A stretch of 64,000 nucleotides of DNA from Selaginella moellendorffii. Lineage: Eukaryota > Plantae > Lycopodiophyta. Below the pieces are notes generated by a model. The model worked only from the letters and a program-made list of their open reading frames with translations, was not told the DNA's origin and did no database searches. Of this stretch, positions 49,452-61,600 are shown in pieces (positions within the stretch are counted from its first letter, which is position 1; each line of letters starts with the position of its first letter). The stretch lies in contig NW_003314372.1 of the NCBI RefSeq assembly GCF_000143415.4, positions 325,915-389,914 of the forward strand, in the 5' to 3' direction. A program made the translations under genes and the position numbers.

Positions 49452-50772
49452 TGTGAGACACAAAATCCCTAGGCCCCAAAGTGGAGCCGGAAAGGGTGCC
49501 ACGTGGTAGTGGCTGAAGCGAGAGCCAAACAAGCGTAACACGTTTGGACCAAAAGCTCCAACTTGAAAAGTCAAGAGCGGGAGTGGAACTCCCAAAGAAG
49601 TGCTCAAGGAACGAGCACGAAGCGAGCAAAAAGTGAGGCTCCAAAAAGGGACCCAAAAGGACCAACACATGACACGTGGAAGTGTCCGAGATGGACTCGA
49701 GTTGGAGTCCGAAGTGGAGTCCAAGATGGACTCGAGTTGGAGTCCGAAGTGGAGTCCGAGATGGACCCGAGTTGGAGTCCGAAGTGGAGTCCGAGATGGA
49801 CCCGAGTTGGAGTCCGAAGTGGAGTCCGAGATGGACCCGAGTTGGAGTCCGAAGTGGAGTCCGAGATGGACCCGAGATGGAGTCCGAGGTGGACCCGAGA
49901 TGGACCCAAAATGGAATCCGAGATGGAGTCCGAGATGGACCCAAAATGGAATCCGAGATGGAGTCCGAGATGGAGTTCTAAGTGGAGTCCGAAGTCGAGA
50001 CCGAGATCGGGACCGAGAACGAGACCGAGACCGAGACCGAGATCGGGACCGAGAACGAGACCGAGGCCGAGGCCGAGACCGAGCCCGAGCCCGAGTCCGA
50101 GTCCGAGTCCGAGTCCGAGTCTGAGTCCGAGTCCGAGTCCGAGTCCGAGTCCGAGTTCGAGTCTGAGAGGGTGAAAGTCCAAAGCGTTCGTCTCCCAGAC
50201 CCTGGGGGGTTTAGTGAGCTCCAAAAGTATAGTAGAGGGGGAGGACTGCAATGGAGCCAGTTTGGCCAGGAAAGGCCAGTTTGGCCCAGGAAGGCCAGAC
50301 CCAGTGTTGGGTGATGAACTGACCACTGGGAAGTCCAAGACTAGAGTGAATACGGACCGACAAGCGGGGTAGCTTGGTGAAGTGTTCAAGAGCCGGCTCT
50401 AGTTCCCCCGGGAGATCGACTGGGCGATGCTCCCAGTCCAAGTGTGGGTGGCACTACCTACTTGGATACCAGGTGTGGCTAATTGGAACCTCGCTCTAAG
50501 CCCATGGCTAGAGCACCTAAAGGCGAAAGGTGGGGAGAGTACCCAGGTGGCTCGCGTAAGGCCACGGTGTTCCGAAATGTTGTCCCAAAGGCCTAGACTA
50601 TGGAAAGGAAGAGGAGCAATCCTCTGGGGTAGTGACCAAGGACACAGTCGGGTGGTGAGGAAGTCCCAGAGGACCATGGGACTTAGGGGTCGAGCCTGTG
50701 GGCCTTGATCCAGTGGCAGTGTTGGCAAACACGGCCAGGGGCAGAAAGGGACTTGGTAGGAACTGACATAGT
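49452..50772 (+). mobile_element. Family B LTR, truncated at the duplication junction
   Basis: TGTGAGACAC start, array ~49685-50165, colinear with 13960-15380. Confidence 0.92.
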
Positions 50773-53700
50773 CGGGGATACAACCAATTTATTGGCGTCC
50801 ATTTCGGTTAAGTTATGCGGAGGAGCAAGAAGTTCAACGACAATCAAGGAGTTACTTGAGTTTGGATTTATTCAGCCAAGTAAGTCTCCATTTGGTGCTC
50901 CGGTCTTGCTTGTGAAGAAGAAGGACGGTTCAATGCGAATGTGTATTGACTACCACGCTTTGAATAAGAAGACAGTGAAAGATAAGATGCGATGCCATGT
51001 GTGGATGATATCCTGGACAAGCTTGGTGAAGCACGAGTGTTTACCAAGATTGATTTGAGTGGATATCATCAGATTGCAATGGATGATGCATCTATTTCCA
51101 AGATGGCATTCAACAAAAGCTTCAGACATTTTGAGTTTACAGTTATGCCGTTTGGTTTGACGAATGCACCGGCCACATTTACTCAGTTGATGACGAAGGT
51201 ATTTGGGCATTATTTTCATGAGTTTATGGAGATTTTCTTGGACGATATTCTTGTTTTTAGCAAGAATATAGAGGAGCATAGGGTGCATTTGCGCAAGGTT
51301 CTTTTGTTACTTCGAGACAGTAAAGTTTATGCAAAGAAGGCAAATGTGAATTTGCAAAGTCAGAGGTGGAATATCTAGGCCATATTGTGACATCTATGGG
51401 TGTCAAGACGGATCCAAGGAAGGTGGCTGTGGTGGAAAACTAGCCTACACCAACTATAGTGGCCGAGTTGTGTAGTTTTCTTGGTATTGCTAGTTACTAC
51501 TGACGTTTCCAGCATAAGTTTGCAGAGGTGGCTATTCCTTTGATGCGGTTGTTATGCAAAAATGTGCCATTCGAGTGGAAGAAGCCACAAGAGGAGAGTT
51601 TTGTGGCGCTGAAACAATTGTTGAGCGAGACTCCAGTGCTTCTCATTGCTGATCCATTGAAACCTTACGAGGTGACATGCGATGGGAGTGGTTATGCACT
51701 GGGAGGAGTTCTCATGCAAGAGGGACAGCCTATTGCATATGAGAGTCGAACTTTGAATTCCGCGGAGCAACGCTATTCCACATATGAGCAAGAGTTACTC
51801 TCTATTGTTCATGCTTTGCGGACGTGGCGGCACTATCNNNNNNNNNNNNNNNNNNNNNNNNNNNNNNNNNNNNNNNNNNNNNNNNNNNNNNNNNNNNNNN
51901 NNNNNNNNNNNNNNNNNNNNNNNNNNNNNNNNNNNNNNNNNNNNNNNNNNNNNNNNNNNNNNNNNNNNNNNNNNNNNNNNNNNNNNNNGGTGGCAGATGC
52001 GTTATCTCGTATTCGTCATGTGACGACATTACAAACACGATTTTGTCATTATTTGAGTAAAGTGGTCAGCGAGTTTGGGCAGTTGGTTGAGCATGCTCAA
52101 GCTCAGGATGCTAAGGTGGCCTCTTTGCGAGACTAGATGGAAGCCCCTTTCTCATTGGTGGATGGGATTCTCTACTACAATGGCCGTGTATATTTGCTAC
52201 GGGTGGATGCGTTAATTACTCAAGTTTTATTCCACTATCATGATCGTCTAGAGGCCGGTCATTTTGGGGGGCAGAAGACGTACGAGTTGATTAAGCGCAA
52301 CTTTTATTGGAGGAATATGAAGGCTGATATCCTCAAGTATTGTAAATCATGTGAGCTTTTTCAGCGGGTTAAGGTGCCACGGGAGAAGCCGGGGGGACTT
52401 TTGCAACCTTTATCTATTCCTCAAAGCCATTAGTGTAGTATCTCTATGGACTTCATCACTTGTTTGCCACGAACACAGAGGCAGAAGGAGCAAGTATGGG
52501 TCATAGTGGATCGGTTGACGAAGTATGTGCGGTTGTTGGCTCTTCAGAAGACTGTCACTGCCTCAGACTTGGCTGTGGTTTACTTGGAGAAGGTTTTTCC
52601 TGATTTTGGTTTGCCGGAGGATATCATTAGTGATCAAGATTCAAAGTTCACCAGTGGATTTTGGAAAAGCTTTGCAAAGGCTATGCAAGTGACTTTGAAA
52701 CTCTCGAGTGGAGATCATCCTTAGACGGATGGGCAAACCGAGCGTGTGAATCAGGTGGTGGAGGATATGCTACGTTGTAGCATTGGTCAAAGGCAAGGAC
52801 AGTGGGATTTATATCTTCCATTGGTGCAATTTGCTTACAACAATAGCCAACACAGTGGAACCAAGCTAAGTCTTTATTTTGCCATGTTTGGAAGGCATCC
52901 TCAAATAGTGGTGGAGTTGGGATTGCATTTGAGTAAGGACGTTCAAGATAAGCTTGATTTTGAGGCAACTGATCTGGCCGTAGAACTTGATGAGATCTGG
53001 TGGTGTGCAAATGGAATTTGCAAGCAGCTCAGGATAGAGTAGAGAAGTTTGCCAATGAGCATCGCCAATTCCGGGAATATAAGGTGGGTGATCTCGTCTT
53101 TGTGCACGTGCTCTTTCCGTCAAGTGAGCGGTGAAACACCTTGGTGCCTTTACGGACAAGGAAGAGTGATAAACTTTCCTATCGATATGCTGGTCCATAT
53201 GAAGTGCTGAAGCGCATTGGTAAAATGGATTATAGGGTGTGGCTGCCAGCTGGGGTGAAAGTTCATTCGGTATTTTATGTCAGCTAGTTGAAAGGTGTAC
53301 TATCTCGGAGTGACGGGCCCAATGCCTCCTTGATGTATACGGCTGTGGAAGATGGACCAGGAGCTTGAGCAGAGTTCCCCAGAAAGGGTGATCACTGGTA
53401 CAACTCGTCCTTGGGACAAAGACTTTGTTGGGGGGGAAGAATTGTTAGGCGCCAGCTTTGACTATGTGGTCAACATCGGTCAAAGGGAGGCTCAAGGGTA
53501 TATTAAGGCATGTTAGGGTAAGGGAATTAACCTACCCTAGGGCTCACAGTGGAGCGGCGGCGCAATGGAGCTTTTGAGGTACTTCGGGGGTGGTTAGGAA
53601 CCTCAAGAGGTGGCGTAGCATAGTCTAGGGCGACTAGATCTTTGTCTTTTTGCGCCAGATCATAACAGATATAGTCTTCATATCTTGTATATCTTTGAAG

Positions 53701-55658
53701 TTTGAAAGAACAATTTTGTTGCTTCATCAATCTTTTACAGTCTTTAAAGTCTTTTTTCAGTGTGAGGAAAATTTTTCTTGAGTGTGTTGAGTCTTGAGTG
53801 TCAAGAATTTTTCTTGAGTATCAAGAAATTTCCCAACTGTCGAAACCTTGAGTGTTCTTGAAGGACAGTTGTAACCACTTTGATTTTTATAGAGATATGT
53901 GTATTGATCTTCTGCCATTTCCTATTGAATTGGGTAGTCTTTGTATTTTGAGAAATCATATGGACAGCTTTGCCATCTTCTTCCTATTGTCTTGTCTTTG
54001 GAGTAGTCTTGGTGTTTTTTTTTAATCATTTTCTTGTTGGGATTTTACTTCTTTTTGTGATGTATCCTATCCCACCATGGTCGCTAGTGAAAACTAGGTA
54101 GAATTGTTTCTACTAGACGATTATATATGAATGTAAGAGAGAATTTGTTGAAGATGTTTATGAAAAAGAAAGATGGATCTATATGCATGTATATAGACTA
54201 CTGGTTGCTGAACAAGTATACAAAGAAGAACAAGTATCCTTTACCAAGGATTGAGGACATATTTGATAGGTTGGGAAAGGCAAAATATTTCTTGAGGATT
54301 CATCTAAGGTTTAGATACTACTAAATCAAGTTAGCAAAGAAAGATGTCGAGAAGACAACTTGTTAGACAAGGTATGGAAGTTTTGAATTTTTAGTGATGC
54401 CCTTTGGGCTATGCAATATATCAGCAATGTTTTCAATGCTGATGGACCATTTTTTTGTACCCTATCTAGATTATTTTGTCATTGTATATATTGATGACAT
54501 CCTGATTTACAACAAGATGCTAGAAGAGCATGCCAAACACTTGACGAAGGTGTTTGAAAAACTAAAGGAACACAAGTTGTATGCTAAAAAGAGCAAATGT
54601 GACTTTTCTTAATAAAAGGTAAAGTTTCTCAAGCATATGGTGAGCAAAGATAGGCTCAAGATAGATCCTAAGAAGGTTCAAGTGATTTTTGGAGCTATGT
54701 AACTACTACCAAAAGTTTATCAAACACTATTTGAAAGTAACCCTACCTTTAATGGACCAAATGGAAAAAGGGAAAATGGTATATACAGCGGAATGCAAAG
54801 TGGCATTTATCCACCTCAAAGGGAATTTGAGGAAAACTCTCATGTTAGCATTACCAGACTTTGCTAAAGACTTTGAGGTAGAAATAGAAACTTCAAACTT
54901 TGTATTGGGTGTAGTTTTGAAGCAAAAAAACTATCCAATGGTGTTCTTCTTGAAGAAATTAGACAAAGCTTAGTGAAAGTGGCCTACTCACAAGAAGAAA
55001 TTATTTGTGTTGGTCAAGGTGCTCAAGAAGTGGCAATACTACATTGGAAGACACTTCAAAGTTTACACGAATAATGTGGCAATGAAACACTTTTTATCAC
55101 AACCTGACCTGCGAGGAAAATAGGGTCAGTGGGCCAATACTTTGGCCGTGTTTGATTGCAAGATTCTGTATAAACCTAGAAAGAGCAACATTATGGCAGA
55201 TGCTCTAAGTCAAAAAGTAAGCTTGAAGTTGGCAATATCCAATATGACAATAACCTTTTGGGATGATGTGCAAATAGTGTATGAGAATGATAGTCTAACA
55301 TAAGAAGTGTTGCTAAGGAACCAAGAGGCATGGGAAGTGCTGTTGCAATCTTCATTAGTTGAGCTTGGCACATTTTGTCATGTAGTCAGTTGCTATGAAG
55401 ATATGTTTGTTTCACTTAAAGCTTATTATGAGTGGTCCAATAAAGTCAAGCTCCCATCATTGAAATGGTTCCAATGATATTATTGAATGAAGCTCTTGAG
55501 TTTGTTTCTTCAGTGCGTACTTGGTTTGTTGACAAATGTCACATTCTTGACAAAGTTTTACTGAGTCATGCCAAAGTGTTGGCTACCAAAGTCTTGCTTG
55601 CAAAATTTTTTGAGTTGTGAATTCTTCTGCAAAGTGACCTCCTGCTTGTCCATAGTGG
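50773..55658 (+). repeat. Near-identical duplicate of 43050-47933 (A pol, 3' LTR 53443-53667, flank, C-like RT fragment)
   Basis: Offset 7723-7725, same disabling mutations, only scattered SNPs and 1-bp indels. Confidence 0.95.
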
Positions 55659-58600
55659 TGTAAGGGACTAAATTTTCCATTTTACTTTAGTCACTTAACC
55701 ACATGTCTGACCACTTGGAGGAGTCTCATTGACAACCTCCATAAGTCCAACTCAGGACTTGGGGCTTGCTAGCCCCGAGAATGGCATCCATGCCACTCAA
55801 CCTTAGCACTTGGTCCAAGTGCTCCACGTGTCCGATCCCATGATCGACACCCCAAGGTATCACCGACGTACCGGCCCGTTACGCTAAGGCCATGCCCATT
55901 TACCTTGGTCACACTGGTGGTCCAACACCACTTGCATCTCCGTCTTGGCCCTCCAAGACTAGGCAAACCATCCCTGAGTGGTCATCTCAGATCCACTCCT
56001 TAGCATCCTTAGGATGCCCACCGACAAGGGGAATAGCCTTCCCCAATATCCCTCTGTCAGTCCCCACTAAGTCCCTTTCTGCCCCTGGCCGTGTTTGCCA
56101 ACACTGCCACTGGATCGAGACCCACAGGCCTGACCACTAAGTCCTACGGTCCTCTGGGACTTCCTCACCACACGACTGTGTCCTTGGTCACTACCCCAGA
56201 GGACTGCTCCTCTTCCTTTCCACAGTCTGGGCCTTTGGGACAACATTTCGGAACACCGTGGCCTTACGCGAGCCACCTGGGTACTCTCCCCACCTATCGC
56301 CTTTAGGTGCTCTAGCCATGGGCTTAGAGCGAGGTTCCGTTGAGCCACGCCTGGTATCCAAGTAGGTAGTGCCACCCACACTTGGACTGGGAGCATCGGC
56401 CAGTCGATCTCCCGGGGGAACTAGAGCCGGCTCTTGAACACTTCACCAAGCTACCCCGCTTGTCGGTCTGTGTTCACTCTAGTCTTGGACTTCCCAGTGG
56501 GCAGCTCATCACCCAACACTGGGTCTGGCCTTCCTAGGCCAAACTGGCCTTTCCTGGCCAAACTGGCTCCACTGCAGTCCTCCCCCCACTATACTTTTGG
56601 GGCTCACCAAACCCCCCAGGGTCTGGGAGACGAACGCTTTGGGCTTTCACCCTCTCAGGCTCCGGACTCGGACTCGGACTCGGACTCGGACTCGGACTCG
56701 GACTCGGATTCGGGCTCGGACTCGGGCTCGGGCTCGGGCTCGGTCTCGGCCTCGGCCTCGGTCTCGGTCTCGGTCCCGATCTCGGTCTCGGTCTCGGTCT
56801 CGGTCCCGGTCTCGGTCCCGGTCTCAGTCTCGACTTCGGACTCCATCTCGGACTCCATCTCGGACTCCATCTCGGGTCCATCTCGGGTCCATCTCGGACT
56901 CCATCTCGGACTCCATCTCGGGTCCATCTCGGACTCCATCTCGGACTGCATTTCGGGTCCATCTCGGACTCCATTTCGGGTCCATCTCAGGTCCACCTCG
57001 GACTCCACCTCGGACTCCATCTCGGACTCCATCTCGGGTCCATCTCGGACTCCACTTCGGACTCCNNNNNNNNNNNNNNNNNNNNNNNNNNNNNNNNNNN
57101 NNNNNNNNNNNNNNNNNNNNNNNNNNNNNNNNNNNNNNNNNNNNNNNNNNNNNNNNNNNNNNNNNCGGGTCCATCTCAGGTCCACCTCAGACTCCATCTC
57201 GGACTCCATCTCGGACTCCATCTCGGGTCCATCTCGGACTCCACTTCGGACTCCAACTCGGACTCCATCTCGGGTCCATCTCGGACTCCATCTCGGACTC
57301 CATTTCGGACTCCAACTAGAGTCCATCTCGGACACTCCCACGTGTCATGTGTTGGTCCTTTTGGGTCCCTTTTTGGAGCCTCACCTTTTGCTCGCTTCGT
57401 GCTCGTTCCTCGAGCACTTCGTTGGGAGTTCCACTCCCGCTCTTGACTTTTCAAGTCAGAGCTTTTGGTCCAAACGTGTTACGCTCGTTTGGCTCTCGCT
57501 TCGGCCACTACCATGTGGCGCCCTTCCGGCTCCACTTTGGGGCCTAGGGATTTTGTGTCTCACAACTCCACCACCCATAGACGAAGTTCGATGTCCTCAT
57601 CGAACGGTAAACCCTTTCATAAAGTAACACCCACACGTGTTACCATTTCCATCCTTGGCACCTAGCCAATCTTTATCTATGGTTTGACATCAAAGGCTCA
57701 CCATGCCTTGTCCATCCTTTAAGGAGCGTAGTCTCTCCAACTTAGAGACTGATTGGACCACATGTAATGGTTCTCTCCTTTTATTGGTTTAGTTTTCGCT
57801 AAACCTCTTAGAGACCCTTCTCTAAGTCAATCCCACTACTCCTTCTCGAGTAGTCTCAATTTCCATCGATATAACCTTTGCACTTTGGAACTTTGAATTT
57901 TGACTTTTTGGAGTCAATTTCCTAGGTGTCTCCAACACCTTGCATTGCACAGTTTGTGCGACTCCACTTCCCTATCCTAGGAAGTTCATTACTTGAGGGC
58001 ACCATCATCCTCTCTTCTATTTCGTGCCACCTTGGGCACTAAGTTCCATTTATCACACTTTGTGCTAGGGTTGTCCATCGCCCTATCATTTGGCTACCTT
58101 ACCGCTCCCTCCCTTGGAGCTTCCACTTTCGCCAAATCGGAGCAATTCGGAATCCCTCCTTGGAAACACACTTCCTTTCCCGCAACTTGTTAGCGTCCAA
58201 CACATTAGTGTTCCTCGCCTAACTTTGTCACTTGGATTCCTTCCAAGGGATTCCACGGCCCTATCTTGGCCACTCATCTTTTGCTCCTATCCGTTGATTG
58301 TTGCACCAAGCAACATCAAATCTCTACCTCCCTCCTTGAGGTATTGTTTCGGTTCCATAGCAAAGACTCTTCTTTACCAAGTCCGGAGGATGTTCACCCC
58401 TAGTACGTCTCTTTAGCATCTTCTGCTATGGGCTCTATCCACGGCCCAACTTCGTGACCCTCCCATGGGTCTTTTATAAAGATTACTTTCCTCGGACTCA
58501 CTATGCCATCGCACGGACATAGTTTATTTCCCTTAGGTGCTCTTCCCACTTGGTTATCACGACCAAGCCACACCACCTTAAACAGTTCAATTTCAACATT

Positions 58601-61600
58601 TTGAACCAGGAACTTCATTCCTTAGCCAACCAAGGACCTTGTCCTTATCTGGCCATAAGATCACCTAGTGATCTCACCTTGGCACCTTAACAGAGTTGCC
58701 AAGAGGTACTTGGTTTTCTAGACCTCCAAGTTGTTGACTATAACCCCGGGGGCATCCCCCACACTTGGCGGTGCACCCAAGCTAGCCCTTACGGCCAAGG
58801 GTTCATAGCAACTGAGATTAGGTGTCCCCATCTCACTCACCACGACCTTGGTGCCACTTGCACCAAAGTGTTCAAGTTAGATATGCTGAGCTTTCACACT
58901 AAGCAATCTAACCGTGCATCACGACTCCGAGGCATCCCTCGCTTGGCGGTGTGCCCAAACCAGTCTCCCCACTGAGAGTCCATGACCACCGAAATATGAG
59001 TGTCCTTATATTCCAAACCATCACCACGCCCTAGTGATTTGGGACTCGAACCCAAGCACTAGAGGGTCGGGACTCGAACCCAACCTCCGTATATGCATCT
59101 ACGGACGGCATCACACAAGATGCCTGGCGTGACTCCCCACGCCGGTGCACCAACCTATTTTTAAAGCGCGCTACAGATCACAGCTTAGGAACCTAGTTCC
59201 TCCACACTGCCAAGTCCTCTCACTTGACATGTCTGTGATCATGCATGGACTCCTCCATGCTCGGCCCCCTGGCCCACCCTTTTTGAAGATATAACCTTCA
59301 ACTAGGGTCTTTGTTCCCCTGACGTGCCAATCTCACTTGGCAAGTCCTCCGACCTTTGTAACATGGTTCCTGCATAAGCGTGAAAGTCCTTGACCATCGA
59401 CTTTCGTTCAAAGCCCTCTCTTTGAACACTCGGGAACTACTTCCCTCACCTTGATAACCTTGCCTCATGGCAAGCTTCAAGACCAAGCTCCTGCTGCGCC
59501 ACTCTGATTTCGCGCGTTCCATGAACCATTTACACTTGGCCTTTTTAGGTACTACGCTACCTAGAATCGTCTTTGGGAACCTTGAAGGAACTCTGTCCCT
59601 CAGCTTGCTAAGGCCTCCCCTTTCGCAAGCTTTATAGTTGCCATATAGTCTAACATGGACAATTCCATATTTTAGACTCTCTATGGCATCACGGTTGCTA
59701 GCAACAACATCCTCGAGCACCCTCTTGATTCTCCACTCCCAACTTTCATAACCACTGTTGGATATGCCCTTTGATTTCTATGGTTCGGTTCCATCCCAAC
59801 ATTACTTGCCTTTGGCTTCACACCTTTCCTTCGGTCATTCTCCTCCAGACCAGGAGGATAGCTTTGCACTTTCTATCATGCCTTAGCAAGTATTCTTAGG
59901 GATGAACCTACCCAATAGCCCAGGGAGTGGTTCCTCAATCCGGGTATGCTCAGTTTATAATCCCACACACTGGGGTTACATTGTTGCTTATGGGCCTTTA
60001 CATGCCCATCACTAGCCTTGCCAAAATTCCATTTTTGGCTTTGTCCAACTTGGGTAGACAGTCCTCTCCTATCTCCGCAACCTTGGACATTTGGATAGCA
60101 CCTTCTATCCATCATTCGCTAGGGACTTAGTCCCTTGGGCTTTATCCATTGCCCTCGCGACATCAAACACCACCTTCTGGTGTTCTAGAGTGTTCGGGTG
60201 TCCCAATGATGGCTTTCTTGACAATGAGTATTTCCTTTTATGACATTGACTTACTATATCGCAACATAAGCAACTTATCCCCCGTAAGGGTATATCCGAC
60301 TTCCCTATACTAGAAGTCTTGGGTAGCTACCTTCTACCCGTTTAACCAGTTATTTTGCACCTCTTGCTTAGTTGCCTCATAGTTGTCAAGTCCTACAAAT
60401 CATTGCTTGGTGCTTTCACACCTCCATCACTATCTGGGTCACCACACTCCAACTGCATGCTCTGCAGCTTAGGCTATGCCATTCCCATTTCCATTGGGAT
60501 TCCTTTGGCAAGGGGTTCTCATGAACCCACCAACATAGCCTCAAGGTATCACACCTTGGCACATTTGGTGTCTCCACACCATCGGCTCCACGAGCCTACC
60601 TCTATGACATTTCCCTTCGTGTCTAAGTCTTTGCCAAGACCAACACCGCTCTTTCTCATGCCAACCATCTGTTAGCACTACCCCATAGAGGTCACACACA
60701 ACTTTATGTCAAAGTTGTTTTCTTCTAGGAACACCTTTCCTATAACTTTAGCATGGCACATTTTGCCATCGATGAGATACTCTCTGTTCTCATCCTTGGA
60801 TCCTATGATCCCCCCCCATCCTTTGTGGGGTACAACGCACCTCAGTCCAAATGCTTCATTCAGTCCTTTTTAGGACCATCCCTTGACTCTACTTGAGTCG
60901 TCTAGCAGTTTTGGACTTGGTTAATCCACCGACCCGTAAGGTCCTACTTGTGAGGCACTAGCTCACTGGAATACACATCTTGCATTCCGGTCCTACTCAA
61001 AAGGACTATTTTCACAAGTGTTACTCCGACACTTGATTTTGTTCTCTGGGGGCAACCTTTGCCCCTTAGGACTACTTGTCCATGTGATGAGAATACCAAC
61101 TCATCCACTTAATACACCCCCAACTCCTTGGGTTGTTCCAGCATTTATTAGAGGTAGCCCCGGCTACCATTTCAAGGACTTGAGTCCTCTTCCGTATTTG
61201 ACCTTCCACGGTCATTACCTTTGGTCTCACATTCATGAGCACCAACCTCAACTATATGAGGATAATCTTGTGACTCCTTTATTGTTTTGGAGTCTCTATC
61301 TTTCCCGTGATCCCAACTTTAGTTGTTTACCACAACAACCTAAGCCAATTTGCTGAGACAAATGCTCATCCGGATCACATCCTCAACTCAATGAGGAAAA
61401 CCTTGCACTGTTCCCAAGATCCCAAAGTCGTTCCATTATTGGCCCTTTTCTATCCACCACCTCGTCTACAAGTTCACACATGAACTGTAATGGAGAGCCA
61501 TGTCTTCCCGACTTGCTACTCCTCAAGGATAGGCCCACTCCTCGGACCTTCCGATGCCAACACTAGTGGTGATATACTTGAGCACCCATAAAAGTCGGAC

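Noticed and set aside
49685-50165. Regular repeats superficially like a CRISPR array
   Set aside because: No unique spacers, no cas genes, and a eukaryotic LTR context.
59031-59160. A true tRNA gene
   Set aside because: Only T-arm-like hairpins are present. No acceptor stem or cloverleaf could be drawn.
59298-59720. 140-aa ORF in the B interior
   Set aside because: No recognisable motif, and its length is compatible with chance.
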